A DNA stretch of 64,000 nucleotides from an uncultured virus (IMG/VR IMGVR_UViG_3300037840_000439) (lineage: Duplodnaviria; Heunggongvirae; Uroviricota; Caudoviricetes), in the IMG/VR virus record IMGVR_UViG_3300037840_000439. The stretch is one strand, 5' to 3'. Within the stretch, counting starts at the first letter, position 1. Each line of letters starts with the position of its first letter. The position numbers and the translations under genes were made by a program. Of this stretch, positions 1-9,192 are shown piece by piece. Under the pieces are notes generated by a model, which saw nothing but the letters and a program-made list of their open reading frames with translations, searched no databases and was not told the origin of the DNA.

Positions 1-925
1 TGAACGGGCCGGTGTAGGGCGTAGTCAGGGTGATTCCGTGCCCGGGAATCGCAACCACCGTGGCCACCGTGTAGAACACGCCCGGCTGCGCCAGGAACTG
101 CACCACGTTGCCGGGAACGAGGGAAGGTACCTGGTTGGCTGAGGTCCCTACGCCATTGGAGTTTGGGGTCGTGAGAAAGAACCCCGGGAGTGTTTGGGTG
201 GTCAGGAGCGAATAGTAGGATGCGGGGGTAACCGCAGCGCCCGACGTAGCGGTCGCGCCGGACGGGGCACCCGTGAGAGCCTCACCGACCAGGAACACCC
301 CTGTGGTGGCGTTGAAGATCAGGGTGCCCGCACCGTGCCCGCCATCCTCAACTTCGATCACAACCCCGGTGGCGTGGGAGGTCGCGCCCGTGACCGTGTC
401 TCCGTCCGCGAAGAGTCCTGCTTCGGCGGTGTAGAGAAGCGAGCCCACCTTGGCGCTCGCCCCCGAGGGAACCGCCGTGATCGTTTCGCCCGCACGGAAG
501 GCCCCCGTGACCGACGAGAAGAAGAGGGTTCCGGCGGTGTCGATCGCCGCAACCGTTGCGGTCGCGCCACTTGTTCCACCCGTCACGATGTCGCCGACCG
601 CAAAGGCGACCGTGACACCGAAGAAGCTCAGCGAGGCGTCTTCGAGTACCGGTGGGGTTGCTGTGGTGGGGTTGCAGGGGAAGGCTGGAGGCGCGGTCGG
701 GGCGTCCGCGCTGGTCATGTTCAAGATTACCGTTCGGGTCGCCGTCGTACTCGTGGTCGTGGTCTTGTCGCTGGCCACGGTGAGCCCGAACAGTTGACCA
801 AGCACCGGATCGTTGGTGGGGTTTGCGTAGAGCTCCACAGCCTCGAGAGCCAAGGCAGCCTTCGCGGTTCCGTAGGAGGAGCCGGCGACGTTCACGGTGT
901 AGGCGAGGGTCAATTGGTTCGGCAT
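1..925 (-). CDS. Virion structural/fibre-like protein, runs off the left edge
   Basis: Not in the ORF track. Manual translation from ATG 925 (MPNQLTLAYTVNVAG...) stays open to base 1. Four repeats: FAVGDIVTGGTSGATA, FRAGETITAVPSGASA, FADGDTVTGATSHATG, FLVGEALTGAPSGATA. Confidence 0.7.
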   Translation of the reverse strand, partial: MPNQLTLAYTVNVAGSSYGTAKAALALEAVELYANPTNDPVLGQLFGLTVASDKTTTTSTTATRTVILNMTSADAPTAPPAFPCNPTTATPPVLEDASLSFFGVTVAFAVGDIVTGGTSGATATVAAIDTAGTLFFSSVTGAFRAGETITAVPSGASAKVGSLLYTAEAGLFADGDTVTGATSHATGVVIEVEDGGHGAGTLIFNATTGVFLVGEALTGAPSGATATSGAAVTPASYYSLLTTQTLPGFFLTTPNSNGVGTSANQVPSLVPGNVVQFLAQPGVFYTVATVVAIPGHGITLTTPYTGPF

Positions 926-1224
926 GGAGTGTAGGGTAGGCGAAGAGAGGGTGGAAAGCGCGTGAGAAATGAGTGTGTGAATCACACAAAAACACGCCGA
1001 AATAGTGTGGCTCGAATCGTGGGTTGAAATGCCTCAAACAGCCACTCCTCAGCCACCAGGTACGCCACACAAAAGCCGTCTGAAAAGCCAGGGGTACGGC
1101 TTGAGGGTCACCAGGGTGGATTTCAGGGCAAAATAGGGGGTTTGGGCCTAAAAACAGCCTGGAAACACGTAAAAACATAGCAATTTCATATACTTACGTC
1201 AATATTTAACCTCGGGGGATGCCA

Positions 1225-1252
1225 GGTTATGATAATAATCCTTTTCGTAATC
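1225..1252. promoter_or_regulatory. Xer/dif-type recombination site (11-6-11)
   Basis: GGTTATGATAA-TAATCC-TTTTCGTAATC. The arms are inverted repeats (8/11 match), 25 bp upstream of the recombinase in an AT-rich gap. Confidence 0.6.
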
Positions 1253-1277
1253 TGACTTTCCCTGCTACGGTGTCAGC

Positions 1278-2639
1278 GTGCCGCGCAAACGACGACGCCT
1301 TCCTGTCACTGATCCACAGCTCGAAGCGCCCGACGTGGCTGAGGCCCACAACGACTCAGGGGACTCTCCCGCTCCCACGCTGGGATGTAAGTGGATTGAG
1401 GACGAGAAGCCCTGCCCCAACCCCTTGCCGTACCCGGATGCTGCGGGGCATGGTCAGCTCTGTAACGAGCACGTGGAAGCCGAGCTGCGAATACACTCTG
1501 CTGCGCTCACTGTTCCTTCCCCTTCCCTAGAGGGGGCGCTTGCTATCCCTCAGCCGTTCGAGGCCCCCAGTGAGCGACGGGTGTTTGAATCCTTCCTGGA
1601 GGGGCGCAGTGAGGCCACCAGGCGGGCGTACAAGGCTGACCTTGAGAGCTTCGCTGAGTTCACGGGAGATCCTGGTCCCGAGACCGCTATCGCACGGCTT
1701 CTGGCTTCGACACAGGGAGCCGCTAACGGGAAGGTGCTTGAATACCGCAATCACATCCGTGCTCAAGGGCTCTCTCCAGCGACGGTTAACCGACGCTTAG
1801 CAACGCTTCGGAGCATGGTGAAGCTCGCCAACATGCTTGGGCGGGTCTCGTGGAAGTTGGACGTGGAAGGACTCGACGTTACGGCGTACCGAGATACAGC
1901 GGGTCCTGGGCTATTAACAATTCAGGAGCTCCTCTCGGCCGTAGAGAAACGCCAGGATCCGAAGGGGAAGAGGGACCTTGCGATCTTGCGTCTGGTGTTC
2001 GACCTAGGGCTACGACGAGGAGAGGTTGTTGGACTTAATGTAGAACATGTATCCGATCGCGGAATCTCTATTCTAGGCAAGGGGCGTACAGAGCGCGAGA
2101 TACTGAAATTGCCGCCGGTAACTCGTGCAGCTATGAACGGGTGGCTTGCGATTCATCCTGGAAATGCACGTGGTGCGCTTTTCGTAAGCTTAGATCCAGC
2201 AACAGGTGGTTTAGTCCACGAGCGACTTACAGGGCATGGGATCTACGCAATTTTGTCTGCGTGGAGTACGCACATCGATAAGAAAAACATACGCCCCCAT
2301 GGTATACGGCACACAGCGATTACCACGTACCTAGAAGCATCTAATGGTAACCTCCGTGGGGCTCAGAGCTTCGCGCGTCACCGCAATGCAAACACAACAA
2401 TGCGTTACGATGACAACCGACTAGATGTTCGTGGAGAGGCTGCCGTAACGGTATCTAGGTTCCTTCCTTCGACTCGGCTCGCGACAACCACAACATCACA
2501 AGAACATGCCGCCGATGTGGTGGTAGAGATTCAAGATCCAGAAGCGCTATTGGCGCTACTGCCGGACGAGCCGAAGCCTGCACGACCAAAGAAGAAAAAA
2601 GTAACAGCCAAATGGTTCACCGAGGAGAAGGAGAAGTAG
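1278..2639 (+). CDS. Tyrosine recombinase/integrase (XerC/D-like)
   Basis: RDLAILRLVFDLGLRRGEV (R), LGKG (K), HGIRH (HxxR), ARH...TTMRY (H, Y); N-terminal core-binding region SEATRRAYKADL. Confidence 0.95.
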   Translation: MPRKRRRLPVTDPQLEAPDVAEAHNDSGDSPAPTLGCKWIEDEKPCPNPLPYPDAAGHGQLCNEHVEAELRIHSAALTVPSPSLEGALAIPQPFEAPSERRVFESFLEGRSEATRRAYKADLESFAEFTGDPGPETAIARLLASTQGAANGKVLEYRNHIRAQGLSPATVNRRLATLRSMVKLANMLGRVSWKLDVEGLDVTAYRDTAGPGLLTIQELLSAVEKRQDPKGKRDLAILRLVFDLGLRRGEVVGLNVEHVSDRGISILGKGRTEREILKLPPVTRAAMNGWLAIHPGNARGALFVSLDPATGGLVHERLTGHGIYAILSAWSTHIDKKNIRPHGIRHTAITTYLEASNGNLRGAQSFARHRNANTTMRYDDNRLDVRGEAAVTVSRFLPSTRLATTTTSQEHAADVVVEIQDPEALLALLPDEPKPARPKKKKVTAKWFTEEKEK

Positions 2640-2643
2640 AGCA

Positions 2644-2889
2644 ATGAAAAAAGATCCTCCGTGGCTAGAAATGTTAAAGGAAGAAGTTTTCTTGAGAGAG
2701 ACACAGCAGTGGCTATTCAGATCTGAACACATCTACGAGACCATTTGCAGGGTCTGCCGTCGGTGCGGCCGGCACGTGTACAGCGTGATCAACCCCTACG
2801 GCGGGTCACGGGGCCGCTACATCGTGGACGTGGACCACATGGCGCACGGACCGCGCTGCGTGGGTGCGAGCCACCCAAGGCTACGGTGA
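2644..2889 (+). CDS. Hypothetical protein
   Basis: ORF directly after the recombinase; contains CRVCRRC. Confidence 0.5.
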   Translation: MKKDPPWLEMLKEEVFLRETQQWLFRSEHIYETICRVCRRCGRHVYSVINPYGGSRGRYIVDVDHMAHGPRCVGASHPRLR

Positions 2890-3777
2890 GCTGACCCCAG
2901 CGGCGTGGTGTGGCTTGTCGACCACCCGATCCTGGACGTACGCCTGCACGAGGTGCACGACCGCGGCGAGGACAGGCACCGCAGCCCCCATGGCAAGACG
3001 CTTGTAGAGGCGTCGCTCCTTCTTGTTCTTTGCTTCGAGCTTGTCGGCGTACTCCTGCACAGCGCCCTGGCGGATCTGCGCGATGCGTTTCCCCTCCTCG
3101 GCAACACGCTCGCGTTCCTGGGCGGCGACTTCACGCTCGGTGATTTCGGCGATGGTCTTTTCTTGATCGTCGAGCCGCTTGCAAAGCTTGTCGAACTGCG
3201 CACCGTCCTGGATTCTGATGCCGCCTCCGGCCGTTTGCTCGACGCTGATCGCCTGCGGCATGGGGCTCATGCGACGCGGAGCCGAGCTGGCGCGCACGTT
3301 GATCATGTTCGAGGTCGAGCCGCCTGTGCGCTCGTCGATGGCTCTGATCGCGAGTGCATGCACCCGAACGTGTCCCTCAACTGTGTCGATGCGTGCGGTC
3401 AGCTTCGTTTCCACCTCTCGGATTCCCCCCATCACCGTGGTGGCCAAGTCTTCGAGATTGCCCTTGGTGACCGCCTTCTCCCGCTCGGTCTTGGCCTCCT
3501 GAAGAAGACGGATGACCTCGGCGATGTCGTTTTCGGTCGGCGGCTGCTTCGGCATCGAACTCTCCGTAGAGGGTGCTGCGGGATGGCGTGGGAGCCGTAG
3601 ACCAAAATCGCTGTCGTCGTCGGGCATGTCGGGTGGCGCGTCGTCATCGAAAAGGCCGATGCCTTTGTACCGAAAGAGAGAGGGATCTGTTCTCGGTGCA
3701 TCGGTAGTGGTGTGGATCACCTCTTGACTTCTAGCACATCGGATACAGTGCAGTCTTGACGTTTCCCTGAACGTCAA
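2881..3777 (-). CDS. Coiled-coil protein with C-terminal TM helix (start uncertain)
   Basis: Charged heptads followed by LAMGAAVPVLAAVVHLV; the real start may be a downstream Met. Confidence 0.6.
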   Translation of the reverse strand: MTFRETSRLHCIRCARSQEVIHTTTDAPRTDPSLFRYKGIGLFDDDAPPDMPDDDSDFGLRLPRHPAAPSTESSMPKQPPTENDIAEVIRLLQEAKTEREKAVTKGNLEDLATTVMGGIREVETKLTARIDTVEGHVRVHALAIRAIDERTGGSTSNMINVRASSAPRRMSPMPQAISVEQTAGGGIRIQDGAQFDKLCKRLDDQEKTIAEITEREVAAQERERVAEEGKRIAQIRQGAVQEYADKLEAKNKKERRLYKRLAMGAAVPVLAAVVHLVQAYVQDRVVDKPHHAAGVSSP

Positions 3778-3793
3778 GCACGATCAATTACCC

Positions 3794-4033
3794 ATGGGCA
3801 TTTCTCTCATCTGCCGTCGCTGCCACCATGTTCGAGACGTCAACGAAGCCAGGTACTGCGAGCCGTGCGACGCGGAACTGCGCGCGATGGAGAAGCCTCG
3901 GGTGCGGGTTCCTGAGGCCGTTCCGCTGACTGGACCATGCGGCGATGTGATCCTGTTCGATAGCGTGGAGCAGACTCAGGCCCCGGCATTCGACAAGCTC
4001 CCCGAGATCGACAATTCGAGCGCTGTTTCTTAG
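3794..4033 (+). CDS. Small zinc-ribbon-like protein
   Basis: CRRC...CEPC. Confidence 0.5.
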   Translation: MGISLICRRCHHVRDVNEARYCEPCDAELRAMEKPRVRVPEAVPLTGPCGDVILFDSVEQTQAPAFDKLPEIDNSSAVS

Positions 4034-4191
4034 CCTGCTTCTGACCGCGTGCGCTACCTGGACGAGCACAGGTAGCTTCTACCGAAGTCCGTGTGTGCAC
4101 GTCGGCTTTCGAGGGGCCGCTGCGAACGAAGGTGCTGGCGGCACGCTTCAGTTGAGCACCGACGCCCCGATCTGCCGAACCGTCTACCCGG

Positions 4192-5271
4192 TCAAGTGAC
4201 CGGCGGAGGCTCCTCCGGCGCGTCCCGAAGGTACCCGGGTGTCTCGAGCGACTTGACTGATGTGCCTGTCGGATCCGGCTGCCATGGTTCGCCAAGTGCC
4301 GGCGTGGGGTCTGGCTGCCACGGCTCGCCGAGCGCTGGCGGGTCGCTGAGATCCCCGATGCCTGGTGGCTCCCCAATGCCGCTCGATTTCACTGACGCGA
4401 TCTCCCGATCGAACTCCCTCGATGCCGCCCGAAGCACTTGCCCGATCACTTGCGCGCCGATCTCGTAGACCGGTGTACCCGTGGGCTCTGGACGAGGCGG
4501 ATCACCACTGAGTCCCGCCACACTCATCGCGGCGTGCAGAGCTACCATAGTGGCGGTGTCGACCACACCCGTGCTCGGGATGTTCTGTGCGACCTGGAAA
4601 GCTCGCACACCAGCCAGGGAAGCTGTGTACCCGAGTGCGTTGAGAAGCTTCGCAGCTTCCGGCGGAGGGACCCCTAGCGCGCGAGTGAGGCCGCTTGGCA
4701 AGAACGGGAGTAGGTCCCCGTCTCCCGTTCCAGTACCTTCCGCACGGTGCGTGTATGCGTGTCGCCCGATTGCACGGTTGTACCGAGCTCGCAGGATTTC
4801 GACGTCCTGCGGCGGCAAGGTCGTGTCGTAGCGACTCAGCACGTAGCGCAGCTGATCGGCAACGTCGTCGAACGGAGCCGAGCTGATCAACACCTCGGCG
4901 CGGTCGGATAGCCCGTCGTTCTCTTTCACGGGAGTTTCGCCCACGGGGTCTCCCAGGGCACCAGACCCCACACACGGCCGAGCCACCAGTGCCCCGCCCT
5001 GGACCGCAAACAGGTACAGGACGTCCCCGACGTACCCGTGCGCGGGGTACGTGGGCGCCTGCTCCAGCGCGTTCTGGCCGGCAGCAGCGAGGTCGGGCGT
5101 CATGGGGACGGGGTCGCCCCAGGTGCATACCGGCGGAGGCTCTTCGATGGCGTACAGCGGTGCGACGTAGCCTCCGCCTCGGTACCCGGAGCCCCCGCGT
5201 CGGAAGCCACCGTGCCCCCCACCGTGGCCGCCGCCTCCGTGACCGCCTCCACCGCCGTGTTCTAGGCTCAT
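4192..5271 (-). CDS. Gly-rich protein with peptidoglycan-binding (PG_binding_1-like) domain
   Basis: LLNALGY...VRAFQVAQNIPSTGVVDTATMVAL; PALGEPWQPDPT twice; TAAGTT 6 nt upstream of ATG. Confidence 0.7.
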   Translation of the reverse strand: MSLEHGGGGGHGGGGHGGGHGGFRRGGSGYRGGGYVAPLYAIEEPPPVCTWGDPVPMTPDLAAAGQNALEQAPTYPAHGYVGDVLYLFAVQGGALVARPCVGSGALGDPVGETPVKENDGLSDRAEVLISSAPFDDVADQLRYVLSRYDTTLPPQDVEILRARYNRAIGRHAYTHRAEGTGTGDGDLLPFLPSGLTRALGVPPPEAAKLLNALGYTASLAGVRAFQVAQNIPSTGVVDTATMVALHAAMSVAGLSGDPPRPEPTGTPVYEIGAQVIGQVLRAASREFDREIASVKSSGIGEPPGIGDLSDPPALGEPWQPDPTPALGEPWQPDPTGTSVKSLETPGYLRDAPEEPPPVT

Positions 5272-5275
5272 GGTC

Positions 5276-5521
5276 CTAACTTACCACAGTCGGCGCTACC
5301 AGGTACTGACTCAACGCTCCGCTGGAAAGTCGGTAGCAACGACCCCACTTTGGATCGAAGAAGACCTCGGTATCGCACCCAAAGACAGGATGATTCCTGA
5401 TCATTGTTGGCATAGTTGCCATCCACCACCATCGGCGATGGTCGCCTAGCTCGCGTTTGCTGGTACGGAATGCCGTACGTATTTCTCGATGCTCCCAAGC
5501 CTTCTGCTGTCTACGCTTCAC
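5276..5521 (-). CDS. Hypothetical protein
   Basis: Probable GTG start overlapping the end of the RNA ligase; lies within track ORF 5276..5668. Confidence 0.4.
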   Translation of the reverse strand: MKRRQQKAWEHREIRTAFRTSKRELGDHRRWWWMATMPTMIRNHPVFGCDTEVFFDPKWGRCYRLSSGALSQYLVAPTVVS

Positions 5522-6173
5522 TGGAAATGCCGTTCCGGACGACCTGCTGATTTTTCCAGTGTGTGTCGGTCTGCACGTGACTTTCGCGAACCCACTTCGC
5601 AACCGATGTTTCGAACGAGGTGTCAGAGAACGACTTGGCCACCCGAATGACAACACCCTCACATACACCGCCGCAACGGGACGGCATCCGGGCGTGAAGG
5701 CCTACTAGCTCCCGGATTTTCCACTCGCGGTTGAGCCAAGACTCCCGAGCGAGGACCGGCGTGGTCGCCACACCAAGCTTCTCCGCCCATAGCTCTACTT
5801 CCGCCCAGGGCGCCCACCGGGACGTCTTCAGGTCGCGCACGCCAAAAACCATCAGGTAGCTCGGGAGAGTTTCGTAGGCGATGGAGTGCTTGGCGTAGAG
5901 CCACTCGCCAAAAACCTGGGTACCTTCGGGGATGCGGCTCTTCACGGTCGCGTGGAGCGCCTTGAAGGTGTCAAACGATACATGCTGGGGCTGCGTGGTG
6001 TGGGTTCTGGCGTAGCAGGCGTTCGTCTCAAGACAGACGTTCGAGCCGTCCATCTTCTCTGTCAGAACGATGTCCGTACAAAGGAACGCTTCCACGGACT
6101 CGATCCGGCGGTCGTCGGACGTACCACCAGGAGAGAACGGAAGATGAGGAGTACGCGGATACTTGGGAGACAT
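5511..6173 (-). CDS. ATP-dependent RNA ligase (Rnl2-like adenylation domain)
   Basis: KYPRTPHL, motif I TEKMDGSN, VFGEW, FGVRD, EGVVIR, AKWV. Confidence 0.9.
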   Translation of the reverse strand: MSPKYPRTPHLPFSPGGTSDDRRIESVEAFLCTDIVLTEKMDGSNVCLETNACYARTHTTQPQHVSFDTFKALHATVKSRIPEGTQVFGEWLYAKHSIAYETLPSYLMVFGVRDLKTSRWAPWAEVELWAEKLGVATTPVLARESWLNREWKIRELVGLHARMPSRCGGVCEGVVIRVAKSFSDTSFETSVAKWVRESHVQTDTHWKNQQVVRNGISSEA

Positions 6174-6221
6174 GACTAGATCACGTGGTATACGGCCGTA
6201 GCCGCTTGAGTACGTGGCGGT

Positions 6222-7700
6222 CTAAGGATAAGGCCCGTAAGATGTTGGCGCCGTAGGTGCTCCAGACGCCTCTGGGGCTACCTGAGCCTGAGCACCATAC
6301 TGAGCCACGAATGCCGCCGAAGGGTCGGGCGCGCCCGGGGCGCGGGGTCGATGCGTGTGTTTGCCCACGATCGCTTCGAGCCGCTGCGGATGGGCCAGCG
6401 GTGCGCCGGGGATCTCGTGGCTCATGCTGGCCAGTGCTGCACGAGCGACGGGCTCCGCGATGTTGAGCTGCTTGGCCAGGTCGAAGGACGAGAGCTTGGC
6501 GAGCTGCGGCGATGCAACGAGCTTCGCGACAGCATCGTGTGCCAGATTGGCTGCATCTGCTGGCAGCGCCTTCTGGACGTCCGCAATGGCACCCGGCAGG
6601 AGGTTTTGGGTCGGATTGCTCAGAGCAGAGAGGATCTTGCCTTGGTCCGGCATGAGCGCGTGCGCTGCCGCGTACCCCTTGTCTTGGAGATGCTGGGCGG
6701 TTGAGATAGCGAGCCCCGAGTCGAACGCATGCGCGACATTCGGGGGAAGCGCGTCCTTCGCGGCTGCGATCTGCGCAAGAACCGGAGCTCCCTGGGCAGC
6801 GAGTTGGTTACCCATTGCTGCACCCTGCTGAAGGGCTGCGGTCGCCGCAGGACCCACGGCTGCGCCCACGACGGCTCCGGCTGCGGACAGAATGTCCTTC
6901 GGGAGCGGTTTGCCCTGCGCGAGGTTTCCAGCAGCTGTCAAAGCTGCCGTTGCTTGAGGGGGGACGCCTGCGACGTTGGATGCGATCTTGGCCTTGTCGA
7001 CCAGGTACCCGCCGGTCGTGTGCCACGCGTCCTTGAACGCTTGACCGACGTTCTTACCGTGCAGCAAATCGTCAGCGCCGCCCAGAACAAGCGTCTTCAC
7101 GAAGAACGCCGGATTGGCTTGCTGGTAGCCCTTCGTGTACGCCGTTGCGAGGCCGTTGAGCACCTTGTTCTTGGCGAGGTCGGTGCCGATTTTTTTGCCC
7201 ACTTTCGTGTGTCCAGCCGCAGCGGCGGCGGATGCAAGAATGACGGCCGCACCAGCCCCCGGGATGAACGCGAGGGGACCGATCTTCACGGCGTCCTTTG
7301 CGATCTTGGCGACGCCCTTCCAGGGTTGGAACTTGAAGCCGACGCCGACCCCATCAAGACCTGGGAGCCGAAGACCTTCGTATCGAAACACGCCACTCAC
7401 CCCGACGCTGAAATTGGGGTCCAGGGCTGCTGCTCGGCCCAGCAGAACGCTTGCAGCCATAGGATAGGTGGGGAGGAGCGTCTGCGCGAACGCGCGGAGC
7501 TTTGCCGGATCGGACTCTTGGCCTACGGCGACTAGGACGGCGTTCTCCGTAGCCTGGGGGAGGCTTGCGTCGAACGGACGTTTGGATGCCGCGATGATGA
7601 GAGCCGAGGGTCCGTCGAGGCCGGACCGGTCGAGGCCGGACCGGTCGTAGTTGAATCCGCCCACTTTGCAACGGCCTAGGAAGATTTGTTCGTGCAGCAT
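6222..7700 (-). CDS. Ala/Gly-rich putative virion/membrane protein with leader motif
   Basis: Start reassigned to MLHEQIFLGRCKVGGF (TAGGAT 7 nt upstream; avoids overlap with the phosphatase); hydrophobic segment IGPLAFIPGAGAAVILA. Confidence 0.65.
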   Translation of the reverse strand: MLHEQIFLGRCKVGGFNYDRSGLDRSGLDGPSALIIAASKRPFDASLPQATENAVLVAVGQESDPAKLRAFAQTLLPTYPMAASVLLGRAAALDPNFSVGVSGVFRYEGLRLPGLDGVGVGFKFQPWKGVAKIAKDAVKIGPLAFIPGAGAAVILASAAAAAGHTKVGKKIGTDLAKNKVLNGLATAYTKGYQQANPAFFVKTLVLGGADDLLHGKNVGQAFKDAWHTTGGYLVDKAKIASNVAGVPPQATAALTAAGNLAQGKPLPKDILSAAGAVVGAAVGPAATAALQQGAAMGNQLAAQGAPVLAQIAAAKDALPPNVAHAFDSGLAISTAQHLQDKGYAAAHALMPDQGKILSALSNPTQNLLPGAIADVQKALPADAANLAHDAVAKLVASPQLAKLSSFDLAKQLNIAEPVARAALASMSHEIPGAPLAHPQRLEAIVGKHTHRPRAPGAPDPSAAFVAQYGAQAQVAPEASGAPTAPTSYGPYP

Positions 7701-7705
7701 GCGTT

Positions 7706-8113
7706 CTATCCTACCACCATGGCGTGAAAATGGGGGTTCGTTAGGCCGTTGCGAGCCATGCGGATCCGTTGTGCCGCCTCTCGACCGGGCAGACCCAGGT
7801 CGCGAAGTGCGAGACCCACGAGAACCCCGGAACGGTTGCGCCCCTGCATGCATGTGACTAGTACGCGCTCCCTGTGACGAACACGGTCGGCAATTTCGCG
7901 CGCGGTTCGGCGGATGAGATGGCGATCCAACTTGCTCGGTGGCGGGCCACTGTCGTCGAGCGGGACGCGGATCACGTGGTAGCCCGGTAGATCGGGGTCC
8001 TGGTACTCCATCGCGGCGAGTACGATCACGTCGAACGGAAGACCGCGGACACCGGGCGGCGGAGCACTGCCCTGAGCAAGCCAGGGACCTGGCATGAGGT
8101 ATGTGTAGCTCAT
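7706..8113 (-). CDS. Dual-specificity/PTP-family phosphatase
   Basis: VLVTCMQGRNRS (Cx5R) and acid loop PLDD; ATG 8113 overlaps the upstream stop (ATGA). Confidence 0.85.
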   Translation of the reverse strand: MSYTYLMPGPWLAQGSAPPPGVRGLPFDVIVLAAMEYQDPDLPGYHVIRVPLDDSGPPPSKLDRHLIRRTAREIADRVRHRERVLVTCMQGRNRSGVLVGLALRDLGLPGREAAQRIRMARNGLTNPHFHAMVVG

Positions 8114-8352
8114 CGGAGCTTGGCCCAAACCGCGAGCCCGGTCGCAACGCCAGCGAGGCTTGAGAAAACCCCACGTGGCGGAAGAGAGAACCCAGCCCAC
8201 ATGGCCAGCTGTGTTGCGGTCAGACCCGCGCTGATTCCCGCGAGCCATGCGGGTAGGAATACGCCTCCGGGTTCCGGTTTGCCAAGATTCAGATCCCCGA
8301 GCGAAAAACCGGTCACCCGACAACCACCATACGAGATATTCTCCAAGCTCAT
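8110..8352 (-). CDS. Small membrane protein with leader motif
   Basis: MSLENISYGGCRVTGFSLGD followed by two hydrophobic segments; ATGA-coupled at both ends. Confidence 0.7.
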   Translation of the reverse strand: MSLENISYGGCRVTGFSLGDLNLGKPEPGGVFLPAWLAGISAGLTATQLAMWAGFSLPPRGVFSSLAGVATGLAVWAKLR

Positions 8353-8546
8353 CGACCCACTCGTTTCATGAGGTACACACGGATTGCTTCTTGTGCTTCT
8401 GCGAGACGGACGTAGAGATCCGCAAGCTCCGCGTCGTATGGGCGAATTCGTTCGGCCCAATCCCGGTTCGAGGTAGACCAGGCCCCGGCGTCGTAATGCA
8501 TGCGAGCCGTCTGCCGGGCCCATCGTCGGAATTGTTCGATTGTCAT
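8349..8546 (-). CDS. Hypothetical protein
   Basis: 65-aa ORF translationally coupled to the next gene. Confidence 0.6.
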   Translation of the reverse strand: MTIEQFRRWARQTARMHYDAGAWSTSNRDWAERIRPYDAELADLYVRLAEAQEAIRVYLMKRVGR

Positions 8547-8556
8547 CGTGTATTCA

Positions 8557-8607
8557 ATACCGTGTCGATACCGTGTCGATTGTTATCGTACGTTTAGTAC
8601 CGTGTCG
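8557..8607. repeat. Three copies of TACCGTGTCG (two in tandem)
   Basis: ATACCGTGTCG at 8557 and 8568, TACCGTGTCG at 8598, just upstream of gene 8349..8546. Confidence 0.6.
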
Positions 8608-8956
8608 TAAATGAGTCGAGCTTGGGGCTCGACGGCCAGGCGAGCTTTCGCACGAGCTTGTCCACGCAAGCAGCAACTGTCTTGTTGGGCGGGTTGGTGG
8701 TGACCGTGACACCAACCGCTCGTCCCAGCTTGATTGCAACGTGGACTGTGACTTCGGTGCCGTCGGGTGTCCCACAGACCGTCAGGAAGCTCCCGACGTT
8801 GCTCATGGGCGCCGCGAGCTGGGCGTCGGTTAGGTCAGGGATCGGTGCTTTGCTCATGTCCATTTGCTGGACGTTGGCAGCGATGGCGGCTTCGTAGCTA
8901 GCGCCGCTCAGTCCGAAACCTGGGACACGACGGCTGCCAAGAGAGATACGTTCCAT
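8594..8956 (-). CDS. Leader motif fused to AgmX/PglI-C (TonB-C-like) myxobacterial domain
   Basis: MERISLGSRRVPGFGLSG, then VAIKLGRAVGVTVTTNPPNKTVAACVDKLVRKLAWPSSPKLDSFTTRY with paired Cys. Confidence 0.6.
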   Translation of the reverse strand: MERISLGSRRVPGFGLSGASYEAAIAANVQQMDMSKAPIPDLTDAQLAAPMSNVGSFLTVCGTPDGTEVTVHVAIKLGRAVGVTVTTNPPNKTVAACVDKLVRKLAWPSSPKLDSFTTRY

Positions 8957-9192
8957 GCGGGAGAGAGTACCGTGCGGCTAGAGATGCTTCAAGAATGCTC
9001 TGTGGTCGGATCGACTAGGCGGCGCGCCTTCGGCCCAACGACCCAGGGCCCTCAAACGACAGGCCGCAGTGCTTGACCGCCTGGGACAACCCCAGCTTCT
9101 TGTTCAACTGCTGGGCCGAGAAGGCGGGTGGCAGCGAACGATCGTCGCTGGTCGTCGCCTCGTCGAGGTCGACGACGAGGTAGTGGAGGATC

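Noticed and set aside
194..1178. Track ORFs 194..934 and 348..1178
   Set aside because: The coherent repeat-containing protein is in another frame (minus, ATG 925).
7614..7647. 15-bp tandem repeat GTCGAGGCCGGACCG
   Set aside because: In-frame microduplication (DRSGL twice); no sign of regulatory function.
7701..8174. Track N-terminal extension of ORF 6222..8174
   Set aside because: It overlaps the phosphatase gene; promoter and leader motif favour ATG 7700.
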